Assembly: GCA_040767085.1 (NCBI GenBank)
Contig: JAXGPF010000010.1
Location: 173,133-237,132, forward strand
Direction of reading: 5' to 3'
Source of the DNA: Kiritimatiellia bacterium
Lineage (GTDB): Bacteria; Verrucomicrobiota; Kiritimatiellia; JAAZAB01
DNA: 64,000 bases
Part shown: piece after piece, positions 1 to 9,246 of the stretch
Layout of the letters: each line of letters starts with the position of its first letter
Position numbering within the stretch: the stretch's first letter is position 1
Notes under the pieces: model-generated
Told to the model about the DNA's origin: nothing
Database searches by the model: none
The model's input: the letters and a program-made list of their open reading frames with translations, nothing else
Position numbers and translations under genes: made by a program

Positions 1-459
1 TTCCAGTTCGCGCCCGCATTCGGCGCACTTGGCCGCGCCCTGGTCGCTGTCGGTATAAAAACGCTCGCAGGGCACGCAATACCAGCCTTCGTAGCGGGCC
101 TTGTAAATCTGGCCGCGCGCGTGCAAATCGGCCAGAATCCGCTGCACTACGCGCGTATGGCGCTGTTCCGTGGTGCGGATGAAGTCGTCATGGCGGATGT
201 CCAGCCTGCGCCAGAGTTCCTGAAAGCGCACCACGGTCCGGTCGGCCTGTTCCTGGGGGGTGATGCCGGCTTTAGCGGCGGCGCGCTGAACTTTCTGGCC
301 ATGCTCGTCCGTGCCGGTCAGGAAGCGGGTAGGGCGGCCGCGAAGCCGCTGGAAGCGCGCCAGCGTATCGGCCAGGATGGTCGTGTAGGCATGGCCGATG
401 TGCGGCAGGTCGTTCACATAATAGATCGGCGTGGTAATGTAAAAATGACGATCGGGCAT
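1..459 (-). CDS. metG: Methionyl-tRNA synthetase, N-terminal part (runs off window start)
   Basis: Not in ORF track. Reverse strand from ATG 459 reads MPDRHFYITTPIYYVNDLPHIGHAYTTILAD...FLTGTDEHGQKV (HIGH and GTDEHG motifs). GGAGG just upstream. Confidence 0.95.
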   Translation of the reverse strand, partial: MPDRHFYITTPIYYVNDLPHIGHAYTTILADTLARFQRLRGRPTRFLTGTDEHGQKVQRAAAKAGITPQEQADRTVVRFQELWRRLDIRHDDFIRTTEQRHTRVVQRILADLHARGQIYKARYEGWYCVPCERFYTDSDQGAAKCAECGRELE

Positions 460-567
460 CTGACCCCTCCCCGTGATTGACGCCGGCCCCGCGAGAGCCG
501 GGCGGCGGAACACCTCTCAACCCCGTTAAAGTAAGCCAATACCGTGCAAATGCCAAGCAAAAACAAT

Positions 568-596
568 TTGACGCCGGGCGGAAGTCCGGCTAGATT
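568..596 (+). promoter_or_regulatory. Putative sigma70 promoter for the SurA/PpiD-like gene
   Basis: TTGACG-17 nt-TAGATT. Confidence 0.45.
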
Positions 597-670
597 ATGT
601 CTTTGCTTTTTCTTTGTTTTTTCTTTGCTTTTTCTGTCAGTCGGAAATAACGCCCGGGAGAATTTATAAC

Positions 671-2428
671 ATGATGTTCATATCAAAGTTCAACGCCCTG
701 ATCCGCAATCGCCTGGTCTGGGGCGCTTTCGCCGTGCTGGTGGTTATCTCATTTGTTGGATGGGGGACGCAGAGCGTGGGGCAGCATGAGGAAACCCAGA
801 AAATCGGCAAGTTGGAGGATGGCGCCGTGCGGGCGGAAGATTTTCAGGCCGCCTGGTTTAACGCGTACCTGGCCACTTCGTTGATGTTTGGCCGGCCCAT
901 GACGGTTAATCCCCGGACCGACCAGGCTTTGAAAAAACTGGCCTGGCGGCGTCTGGCGGCGGCGCGCCAGGCCCGCGCGGCGGGTTGGAAAGTGGCGGAC
1001 GGCGAAGTCGCGGCATTGATCCAGCAGCAGCCTCAGTTCCAGGATGCCGGCCGGTTCGATCCCTCCCGTTACCAGGCTTTCCTGCAGAATTTCCTGGGCG
1101 GCATGTCCTTGACGCCTGTGCAATTCGAAGCCTACCTGAAAAATGAAATCCTGCTGAACAAGGCGCGGCAGATGCTGACACCGCTGGCCTGGATTCCGCC
1201 GGCGGAAGTGGAGCAGGTCTACCACCAGTTGTACGACGAAATCACGGTGAGTTACGCCATCCTGAGCCAATCCAACCTGAATTACGCCGTGGATGTCACC
1301 GAGGCGGAAGCGCGCGGGTATTTCGATGGGCACCGGGAAGAATTCCGGATTCCGGAAAAGGTGCGCGTCAAGTATGCCGTCATACCCATGGCGCCGGCGG
1401 CGGATCTGGACTTGGATGAAGAGACCTTGAAGTCGTATTATGACGAGCATATCGAGGATTTCACCGTCCGCGACACCAATGACTGGCAGAATGCCGAGCC
1501 GTTTGAAAACGTGCGCGAACAAATCCGGCGGACGCTGGTGCGCCAGCGTGCCGAGGATGCGGCGGCGGAGCGGGCCGCGGAATTTGAGGTGGCCCTTGCC
1601 CCCGACCGCCAGGGCCGGGCCCTGGATTTTGACGCGGCGGCGGAGAAGGCCGGGCTGGAAGTGCGCACGACGGACTATTTCGCCGAGGACGAACTGCTGC
1701 CGGAGCCGCCGGCCGGCCTGGAATTCAACCGCGCGGCCTTCGAATTGCGGAAAACGCCGGAGGATTACTTCAGCCGGCCGGTGCCGGGTGCGGATGCCTT
1801 TTATCTCCTGGCCCTGGATGACCGCCGCGACGCGCGGCTGCCGGAATTCGACGAAGTGCGCTCGGCCGTGATGGAAGCGGCGCGCGCGCAGGCCATGGAG
1901 GACGAATTGCACCGCCTGGCCGCGGCCATCCTGGAGGCGGCGCAAACCGCCCGCGCAGCCGGCCGGCCGTTGGCGCCGGTTTTCGCCGGGTATGGCGTGG
2001 AATTGACCGTCACCGATCCGTTTGCCTTGCAGACCGGGCTCGAGGGCGTGATCGAGGATACAGGCGAAGATTTTCAAGTGGTGTTGCGCGAAACGCTGAA
2101 ATGCAATCCGGGCGAACTGACCGGCCTGGTAGACATCCCCGGCGGTTATGCCATCGGCTGCCTGGAAGAACGACAGCCGGCTAATCCGGCCTTGCTGGCT
2201 TCCATCCGCTCGGAATTGACCGGTTACATCCGCAAGCGGCGGGATGAATTGGTGTTTAACGAATGGCAGAACTACCTGGTGGCCAAGGCGGAAATCCATA
2301 ACCTGAAGTCCGACGCCGAAATGGCGGAACTGGATCAGGAAGACCGGGAACCGGACGAAGAAGAAGCCGCGGATGAAGCGCCGGCCGGCGAAGCCGCGGC
2401 CCGGCCGGATGACGCCGGCGCCCGATAA
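671..2428 (+). CDS. SurA N-terminal domain / PpiD-like periplasmic chaperone (peptidyl-prolyl isomerase family)
   Basis: N-terminal membrane anchor (LVWGAFAVLVVISFVGWG), PQFQDAGRFDPSRY and YFDGHREEFRIPEKVRVKY as in PpiD. Start taken at ATG 671. Confidence 0.8.
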   Translation: MMFISKFNALIRNRLVWGAFAVLVVISFVGWGTQSVGQHEETQKIGKLEDGAVRAEDFQAAWFNAYLATSLMFGRPMTVNPRTDQALKKLAWRRLAAARQARAAGWKVADGEVAALIQQQPQFQDAGRFDPSRYQAFLQNFLGGMSLTPVQFEAYLKNEILLNKARQMLTPLAWIPPAEVEQVYHQLYDEITVSYAILSQSNLNYAVDVTEAEARGYFDGHREEFRIPEKVRVKYAVIPMAPAADLDLDEETLKSYYDEHIEDFTVRDTNDWQNAEPFENVREQIRRTLVRQRAEDAAAERAAEFEVALAPDRQGRALDFDAAAEKAGLEVRTTDYFAEDELLPEPPAGLEFNRAAFELRKTPEDYFSRPVPGADAFYLLALDDRRDARLPEFDEVRSAVMEAARAQAMEDELHRLAAAILEAAQTARAAGRPLAPVFAGYGVELTVTDPFALQTGLEGVIEDTGEDFQVVLRETLKCNPGELTGLVDIPGGYAIGCLEERQPANPALLASIRSELTGYIRKRRDELVFNEWQNYLVAKAEIHNLKSDAEMAELDQEDREPDEEEAADEAPAGEAAARPDDAGAR

Positions 2429-2467
2429 AATCCGCCTGTTCGCCGCCACAACCCGCCGCCGGCCGTC

Positions 2468-3187
2468 TCAGAGCGACCGCCGCGCCCGCCGGGCGCGCTG
2501 CCGCCGGTAACGGTAGATCATCGCGATGAAACGCAGCGTGTCGCGCATGGGATTGATTTTGCTTTTTTCGTCCCGGTAAATCACGGCGATGGGGACGGCG
2601 TCAATCCGGATGCCGCGGGCGGCCACATGCAGGAGGATTTCCGATTCGGCGGCATAACGCGTGGATTCCGTTGAAATAAACGGGATTTCGTCGCACCGGT
2701 AGAGACGGAAGCCGCATTGCGTGTCCGGCACATATTGGCGCATTTCCCGGCTGAGCAGCCAGCTCATGAAGCGATTGGTCAGTTTGCGCACCAGGGGCAT
2801 ATTGCCGGTGGCGCCCATCCGGTTGCCGATCAGGACCGGAATGCCGGTCCGCTGGTAGGCTTCGATAAAGTCCGGCAGATCGTCCGGGTCATGCTGTCCG
2901 TCGGCATCCATGGTGATCAGGTAATCGAATCGGTGCTCCCGCGCATACTTGAACCCGGTGTTCAGCGCCGCGCCCTTGCCCTGGTTGCTTTCGTGGCGGA
3001 TCACCGTGGCGCCGGCCGCCGCGGCTTCCGCGGCGGTGCGGTCGGCGGAACCGTCGTCCACGACGACAGTATCGGCGACATGCCGCCGGATGCGGCGCAC
3101 CACCTCGCCGATGCGCCGTTCTTCCATGTAGGCCGGCACCACCACGCAGCAACGCTGCCGCCCGCGGGGATTGTCTTGCGTGGTCAT
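2468..3187 (-). CDS. Glycosyltransferase family 2 (DPM1-like)
   Basis: VVPAYMEE, VVDDGSAD, NQGKGAA, TMDADGQHDP, DTQCGFRLY motifs. Confidence 0.9.
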   Translation of the reverse strand: MTTQDNPRGRQRCCVVVPAYMEERRIGEVVRRIRRHVADTVVVDDGSADRTAAEAAAAGATVIRHESNQGKGAALNTGFKYAREHRFDYLITMDADGQHDPDDLPDFIEAYQRTGIPVLIGNRMGATGNMPLVRKLTNRFMSWLLSREMRQYVPDTQCGFRLYRCDEIPFISTESTRYAAESEILLHVAARGIRIDAVPIAVIYRDEKSKINPMRDTLRFIAMIYRYRRQRARRARRSL

Positions 3188-4050
3188 CCTTTTTCCTTTC
3201 GCCAAAAATCTTCAAACATGAACCATTGCAGCGGATTCTGCCTGATTTCCTCCTGCAGGATATCACGGATGCGCTGCCGGAGTTCGTCCAGGGATTGACA
3301 GTCGGCCGGCATCAGGGGTGAATAGCAGCGCATCAGGAACCGGTCGTCCGGCTTGCGGGAAATGAAGATGGGCAGCACCGGGGCGCCGATGTGCATCGCC
3401 AGGCGCGCCGGCCCGCTGGGCAGGCGCGCCGGCGCGCCGAAGAATTCGATGGGCTCGTGGTGGGGGCTGAAATCGCGGTCGGCCAGCATGGCGGCCAGGC
3501 CCTGGTTTTTCAACACCTGGATGACGCTCCGGGCCGCCCGGCCCAGGGCGATGCCATGGATGCCGCGCCCGGCGCGATGCTGCTGGAACAGCCGGTTGAC
3601 GCTGTGGGCGCGTTCCGGCTGAAAGACGGCGGAAAGCCGGTAGCCGAGGGCGGTCATGATGGCGCCGCCCAGTTCCCAGTTGCCGAAATGCGCGGTGACG
3701 ATGATCACGCCTTTGCCGTGGGCGCGGGCTTGGGCCAGGTAATCGAAATTTTCCATGTCCACCAGCCGGCGGACATCTTCCGGGCGCATTCGAGCGAACC
3801 GGAAAAAATCAACCAGGTACTTGCCGAAGTGTTCGAAATTCATGCGCGCCATGCGCGCCAGTTGTTTCGGCGGAACGGACTGGCCCTGGTGCCGCATGAT
3901 CTGACGCAGGTTGCGCCGGACTGCCCGGCGTCCTTTGCGATCGCACAAGCAAAAACAATCCGCAATGCGCATGCCCAGCCAATAGGCGAAAGGATGCGGC
4001 AGTTTCTGGCTGATGATTTGCGCCAAACGGTAGGGAATGTATAAATTCAT
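3184..4050 (-). CDS. Lysophospholipid acyltransferase, LpxL/HtrB/PatA family
   Basis: TAHFGNWE, LADRD, FFGAPA, NPLQWFMF. Start placed at MNLYIPY (4050). Confidence 0.85.
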   Translation of the reverse strand: MNLYIPYRLAQIISQKLPHPFAYWLGMRIADCFCLCDRKGRRAVRRNLRQIMRHQGQSVPPKQLARMARMNFEHFGKYLVDFFRFARMRPEDVRRLVDMENFDYLAQARAHGKGVIIVTAHFGNWELGGAIMTALGYRLSAVFQPERAHSVNRLFQQHRAGRGIHGIALGRAARSVIQVLKNQGLAAMLADRDFSPHHEPIEFFGAPARLPSGPARLAMHIGAPVLPIFISRKPDDRFLMRCYSPLMPADCQSLDELRQRIRDILQEEIRQNPLQWFMFEDFWRKEKG

Positions 4051-4123
4051 TGGTCCGGTTGCCTGGCCGGCTGACGCTGCCATCCTTTTACGCCATAAAC
4101 ACGCCGCATGATAGCGGAATCGG

Positions 4124-5011
4124 TCAAGGCTGGCAAGCTTCGCCGCCGCAAGTTGCGCCGGCCAGGCGGTCCGCCTGGTAGGATGACCGCACCAGCGGCC
4201 CGGCGGCCACCCCGGCGAAGCCCAACTGCAGCGCGAACTGGCGGTAGTTTTCAAACTCAGCGGGAGTGACGTAACGCGCTACCGGGAAATGCCGCCGGGA
4301 AGGCGCCAGGTACTGGCCCAGGGTGAGCGCCCGGCAGCCGTTATCCAGCAAATCCCGGAGGGCTTGCCGCAATTCGGCATCATTTTCACCCAGGCCCAGC
4401 ATCAGCCCGGATTTGACCAGCGTCCGCGGCCGGAGCCGGGCGGCGCTGCGCAGCACTTGCAGCGAGCGGTCATAATCCGCCTGCGGCCGGATCAACGGCT
4501 GCAGACGCCGGACCGTTTCCAGGTTGTGATTGAACACTTCCGGCGCCGCCGCCAGCACGGCGGCTATGGAAGATTCCTGGCCCTGGAAATCCGGCGTCAA
4601 GACTTCCACGCGCACGGGAATGGCATGCAGGGCGCGGATGACGGCCGCGAAAATTGCGGCGCCGCCGTCCGGCAGGTCGTCGCGGGTAACGCTGGTCACC
4701 ACCACGTAACGCAGTCCCAACCTGACGGCCAGTTGCGCCACCCGCGCCGGCTCATCCGCCGCCGGCGGGACGGGCGCGCCGTGTTTTACCGCGCAAAACC
4801 GGCAGCGGCGGGTGCAAGTATCGCCAAGGATCATGACCGTGGCGGTGCCGCGGTTGAAACATTCCTGGCGATTCGGGCAGCGGGCGCTTTCACAGACGGT
4901 CGGCAGCCCCGCCGCCCGCAGGGCGTCATGGACGACGCGGTAATGCTGTTCCGCGGCGGGCAATCGCACGCGAATCCAGGGCGGCAGACGATGGGACGGT
5001 TCAGCGGACAT
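4124..5011 (-). CDS. lipA: Lipoyl synthase
   Basis: CESARCPNRQEC (CX4CX5C), CTRRCRFC radical SAM motif, RSSY. Start could also be 5032. Confidence 0.95.
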   Translation of the reverse strand: MSAEPSHRLPPWIRVRLPAAEQHYRVVHDALRAAGLPTVCESARCPNRQECFNRGTATVMILGDTCTRRCRFCAVKHGAPVPPAADEPARVAQLAVRLGLRYVVVTSVTRDDLPDGGAAIFAAVIRALHAIPVRVEVLTPDFQGQESSIAAVLAAAPEVFNHNLETVRRLQPLIRPQADYDRSLQVLRSAARLRPRTLVKSGLMLGLGENDAELRQALRDLLDNGCRALTLGQYLAPSRRHFPVARYVTPAEFENYRQFALQLGFAGVAAGPLVRSSYQADRLAGATCGGEACQP

Positions 5012-5031
5012 GGTTGGCCATAATTCCGACA

Positions 5032-5418
5032 TTAAATTTGTTCTCCCGGCGCCGGCCGGCAACTCTGCTCGTCCGACGCTTCAATCCGGCGCGCCTGGCA
5101 TAGTTTTTCAAAACCATTGAAATTCCAGCGGGCTGGAAAATCCCGGCATTGCAGCGGCTTGACGGCATGCACCCGGCAAAGGTTTTTTTCCAGAAAAATA
5201 CAGGCGCCATCCGATTGCTCCGTCAAAATCAATCCCAGGCGGTCGGGCGCGAGGGTGGTGAAGCGGGCGATGAATTCGGCCGGAGGCATGCCCAAGTGGC
5301 CGGCCAGCGGAGCGATTTCCTCCGGCCGCAGGCGCACGACGCCCGGCCAGCGGCAGCAGGCGCCGCATTGCCGGCATAAATATTGAATGGACACATTCAT
5401 TGCCATGCCCGTCATCAT
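5032..5418 (-). CDS. YkgJ family cysteine-cluster (CxxCxxCC) protein
   Basis: CRQCGACC, CIFL...C.VH..KP.QCRDFP. Exact start uncertain. Confidence 0.85.
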   Translation of the reverse strand: MMTGMAMNVSIQYLCRQCGACCRWPGVVRLRPEEIAPLAGHLGMPPAEFIARFTTLAPDRLGLILTEQSDGACIFLEKNLCRVHAVKPLQCRDFPARWNFNGFEKLCQARRIEASDEQSCRPAPGEQI

Positions 5419-5472
5419 GGCAAAATCTTTTGCGAATTGCAATCCCCCGGCACTTGAATTAGTTTATACGGC

Positions 5473-8034
5473 ATGATGCCAATAAATGCTCCCCCGGAAA
5501 ATCCGCCGCCGTCCGGCCGGCGTCTGGTCCGGATCGCCCTGGTTTATGGCGCCGGTATCTGGTGCGCGGCTTGGTTTGACCGCTGGGATTGGCGGTGGGT
5601 GCTGGCGGCGTCCGCCGCCATGCTGGCGGTATGCCTGGCGGCGCAATGGCTGCGCCCGGTCTGGTTGGCGCGCGCCGGCCTGTGGGCGGGCTGGTTTTTG
5701 GCCGCCTGGGGCTTGACGGGCGCGCGCTGGGATGCCGCCGGCCCGGAGCAGTTGGGCCGCCTGCTGCAGCGTGCCCGCGAGTCCGTGGAATTACAGGGGC
5801 GCATCGCCGGACAACCGGTTTTTTATCACGCCAAGGCGCGTTCCGCCGGCGCGGCGGAGCTGAGGGGATTATGGCTCTTCGATTTTGATATATCGCATAT
5901 CCGCCGGCTGCCGGATTGGCAGCCGGCGCGGGGGCGTGTGCGCGTTTTTTTAGCGGGCGCCGAAAGCCTGCAGCCGCAGAGCGGATCCGCATGGCGCCTG
6001 GCGGGCGCGTTGACGGATCATCTGTCTCTGCACTCGGAGCGGCGGCAATGGCAATGGTACTGGCCGGCCTCGCTCGGTCAGCCGTCCGCGCCGGCGCCCG
6101 CCGGGTGTCCACCCCGGGCATCGGCCGCCTTGAAAACAATGCGCCGTTATACCCTGCGAGCGGATCCGCGTTCGGCGCGCCTGGCGGCGGCGGCCAGCGC
6201 CTGGCAGCCCGGTCCGTATTTTCAGGCTTGGCGCCGGCGCGCCGGAGAGTTGCTCGCCCTGGGCTTGGCCGGCCGTCCGGATGTGGCCGCCATATTACGC
6301 GCATTGATATTGGGGTATGACGAGGAATTGCCGTCCGATTTGCGCCGGCGATTTGTCGCAACGGGCACATTTCACCTTTTTGCAATTTCCGGCACCCATA
6401 TGGCGTTGCTGGCCCTGTTGGCGGCCGGCGTGCTGCGGCTGGCAGGAATCTCCCGGATTTATTGGTTTCTGGGGGTCGCGCCGGTGCTGGCGTTTTTCAC
6501 CGCCATGGTTGGCGCGCCCGCCAGTGCGGTGCGCGGCAGTTTAATGGCTGGCCTCTGGCTGCTGGGGATGCTGGTCGGGCGCCGCGGCGACGGGGTGTCC
6601 GCGCTGGCCCTGGCGGGATGGTTGATTTTGCTGTGCGCCCCCGCCCAGTTGTTTGCGCCTGGCTTCATCCTTTCCTTTGTGACCGTCGCGGGCCTGATGT
6701 GCATCGCTCCTTTCTGCACACGGCTCCGGGCGGACGCGGCGCCGGCGCCGATTGACCCGGCGCGCAAACGCTGGCGCGTTTGGATGCGCCAGGTCTGGCG
6801 CGCCTGCCTGTTCAGCACGGCGGCTTCCACGGCGGCGTGGCTGGCCGCCATGCCGTTGATGGCCTGCTGGTTCAACGTCTGGTCGCCTCTTTCCGCCCTG
6901 GCCAATGTGCCGGTCATACCGCTGGCCGGCATATCGCTGGGGCTGGGATTCCTGGCCATGCTTCTGGGCGGCCTGCATCCCGGGTTGGCCGCCGCCTGCA
7001 ACTGGATGAATATTGCTCCGGTCATCCTGATGCGCGACTGGCTCGCATTCGTGCAGTCCATTCCCGGCTGCCAGCTGCTCGTCAGCAGCCCGCCGGTTTG
7101 GGCGATCTGCGCCTGGTATGCCGGATGGGGCATCCTGGTCTGGCGGCGGATCAAACTGACAGTTGCCCGGCGCGCCGCGCGGGCGGCTGCCGCCGATTCG
7201 TCATCTTCCAGCAAGTTACCGGCTGACCCGGCATACGGCGCGCTTGCGGATAAGCCGCGGCGCCAGTGGGACTGGCGCTTGCCGGCGGCGCTGGCCCTGA
7301 TCGCAGTCTGGCCGGCCTGGGATTTCACCGATGGCTGCGCCGGCCGCGTTCAAATCATGAATGCCGGTGGAAGGGCAGTAGTCCTGGGGTGCGGACCGGG
7401 CCTGGTCCGCCGCGCCTTCTGGCTGGTCAACGCCGGCAACCTGCGCCAGGCGCGCCAGTTAAGGCAAATGTTAGCCCAAGCCGGTGTGAACCGGTTGGAC
7501 CTGTGGATGCTCTCCGGGATGGATGCCGGGAATGTCAATGCCGCCGCGGATTTGATCGAAAGCGGAGAATTTAAGCCGGCCCGTACGGTTTATCCGGCCG
7601 GCGCGCCACGTTACCGCGTGTTTGCCGGCCTACTCCGGTGTCTGGCGCAGGCGGGAGCGCATTTAACAGAGGCAACCCAGGCCGTATCGGGCGAATTGGC
7701 CGGCAACCTGGTATGGCAAGCCCGGCCGGGTGCCGATGCGCCGGGCCGGATGACAGCGGAAACAGCTTGGGCGGCATGGGCTGCGGCAATAACGCCGGGC
7801 GATGCCGAAGGTCAGTTGCCCCCAAGGATTGCAATTGCACCGCGGCATGCAGCCGGGCCAGGCGGAGCAGGGGGACGGATGATCATCGAATGCGCGCCGC
7901 ATGGTTTCGGGCCGCAATTCATGGCCGATGACGCGGAAAGCCGCGTGGCACTTGCGCCGGGACAAATGTTGACCTTGGACTTTACCAGGCAAGGCGTATG
8001 GGCGCGGTGGATGGGCAGCGCGGCTGGCAGGTAG
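5473..8034 (+). CDS. comEC: ComEC/Rec2 family competence (DNA uptake) membrane protein
   Basis: ALILG, TGTFHLFAISGTH, ASAVRG, GFILSF, multiple TM segments. Confidence 0.85.
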   Translation: MMPINAPPENPPPSGRRLVRIALVYGAGIWCAAWFDRWDWRWVLAASAAMLAVCLAAQWLRPVWLARAGLWAGWFLAAWGLTGARWDAAGPEQLGRLLQRARESVELQGRIAGQPVFYHAKARSAGAAELRGLWLFDFDISHIRRLPDWQPARGRVRVFLAGAESLQPQSGSAWRLAGALTDHLSLHSERRQWQWYWPASLGQPSAPAPAGCPPRASAALKTMRRYTLRADPRSARLAAAASAWQPGPYFQAWRRRAGELLALGLAGRPDVAAILRALILGYDEELPSDLRRRFVATGTFHLFAISGTHMALLALLAAGVLRLAGISRIYWFLGVAPVLAFFTAMVGAPASAVRGSLMAGLWLLGMLVGRRGDGVSALALAGWLILLCAPAQLFAPGFILSFVTVAGLMCIAPFCTRLRADAAPAPIDPARKRWRVWMRQVWRACLFSTAASTAAWLAAMPLMACWFNVWSPLSALANVPVIPLAGISLGLGFLAMLLGGLHPGLAAACNWMNIAPVILMRDWLAFVQSIPGCQLLVSSPPVWAICAWYAGWGILVWRRIKLTVARRAARAAAADSSSSSKLPADPAYGALADKPRRQWDWRLPAALALIAVWPAWDFTDGCAGRVQIMNAGGRAVVLGCGPGLVRRAFWLVNAGNLRQARQLRQMLAQAGVNRLDLWMLSGMDAGNVNAAADLIESGEFKPARTVYPAGAPRYRVFAGLLRCLAQAGAHLTEATQAVSGELAGNLVWQARPGADAPGRMTAETAWAAWAAAITPGDAEGQLPPRIAIAPRHAAGPGGAGGRMIIECAPHGFGPQFMADDAESRVALAPGQMLTLDFTRQGVWARWMGSAAGR

Positions 8035-8275
8035 TGACGACCAGAAGTTACCACGAAAATTGGAATTGAAAAGATTTAAAGCAATCATGGAGCGTGTAAA
8101 TTAATTTTTGCACGGTTATCTGCTGGCGATGCAAAATTCCGGGAAAACAATTTGCAGCAGCGGATTTTTCCCTTGCCTGAAATGCGTCGGAATTGTATAA
8201 GCCGCATGGTGATATGTGCTGGACGGCTGCATGGCAAAGCCGGACGGCATGCAAACCAACCGGAGGGAAGTGCGC

Positions 8276-8902
8276 ATGCAAATCATCGGAGTCTGCGGAA
8301 ATTACCGGCCGGGCGGAGTGACGGAACGCTTGCTGGATGCGGCCCTGGAAGGCGCCCGCGCGGCTGGCGCTGCGGTGGACGTGCTGACACTGCGCGATCT
8401 CAATTTCGAATTCTGCCGGAACTGCAAGCATTGCTGGCAGTCGCCGGGAGACGGACCGGCGGCGGATTGCGTCATCCGGGACGATCTCACACCCTGGCTG
8501 GAGCGGATCGCTGCCGCCGATGGCTTGATCCTGGCCGCGCCCGTGAATTTCGGGTCGCTCACGGCGCTGTTCAAGAAATTCCAGGAGCGTTGCCTGGTGC
8601 TGACCCGGCTCAACCCGTTGACCGGCCTCCCGCGCCGGCTGGCTGGCGTGCCGGCAGTGCCGGCTGCGCGTTACCGCGGCCGGCCGCGCCCGATGCTGTG
8701 CCTGACTGCTTCCGGTGCGCCGGCGTGGGTAGGGCGGCTCATGATGCCCTGCGCCCGGAAGCAATTCCGGGCGCTGGGAGAGGCTTGGGGCGGCCGGATC
8801 GCGGGCTTGATCTGGGCCGGCGGCAGCATGGCCCCGGGGCATCTGCCGGAAGACCGCCTGTTAGCCGCGGCCCGCGCGGCCGGAGCGTGCCTGTCGGATT
8901 GA
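8276..8902 (+). CDS. Flavodoxin-fold / iron-sulfur flavoprotein (NAD(P)H-dependent FMN reductase family)
   Basis: GNYRPGGVT, FCRNCKHC...CVIRDD, ADGLILAAPVNFG. GGAGG before ATG 8276. Confidence 0.85.
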   Translation: MQIIGVCGNYRPGGVTERLLDAALEGARAAGAAVDVLTLRDLNFEFCRNCKHCWQSPGDGPAADCVIRDDLTPWLERIAAADGLILAAPVNFGSLTALFKKFQERCLVLTRLNPLTGLPRRLAGVPAVPAARYRGRPRPMLCLTASGAPAWVGRLMMPCARKQFRALGEAWGGRIAGLIWAGGSMAPGHLPEDRLLAAARAAGACLSD

Positions 8903-9105
8903 GAAGGGAATAGTTTCACGGCGGAATCCTCCTCTTTGCCAGAGTGGCCTGGCCAACTCGACAAGTTAATCAATAATACCTGAAATCGGTTTTGATATGC
9001 AATGGCATTTTCCGGCCGCCCCGGCATTCGGATTTTGGCTGCTGTGCTGCCGGTCGGGTTTGAACCAGCCCCTTCCAAATCACGCCATGGCGTTATTGCG
9101 GTCTT

Positions 9106-9129
9106 GGAGGGACGACTTCCACGTCGTCC
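9106..9129 (+). repeat. REP-like palindrome
   Basis: GGAG tetranucleotide followed by GGACGAC-TTCCAC-GTCGTCC hairpin in an intergenic region. Confidence 0.5.
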
Positions 9130-9246
9130 GTGTATCAGGCGAATTGCGGCCTGGTCGGGCTGAATGCTAGACATCTCAAGTAATATCTGCTAAACACCTG
9201 CAAAACGCACCCAACCCGGCGCGGCGGTGCGGCCGGGCCTTTTACT

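Noticed and set aside
601-633. Three ctttg(c/t)ttttt units before the SurA/PpiD gene, and the ORF start at 614
   Set aside because: Low-complexity U-rich leader. The real start is more likely ATG 671, and there is no evidence of phase variation.
9044-9070. tRNA-like 3' fragment on the minus strand (ggttcaaacccgaccggcagcac)
   Set aside because: The T-stem does not pair properly and no D or anticodon arm is present.
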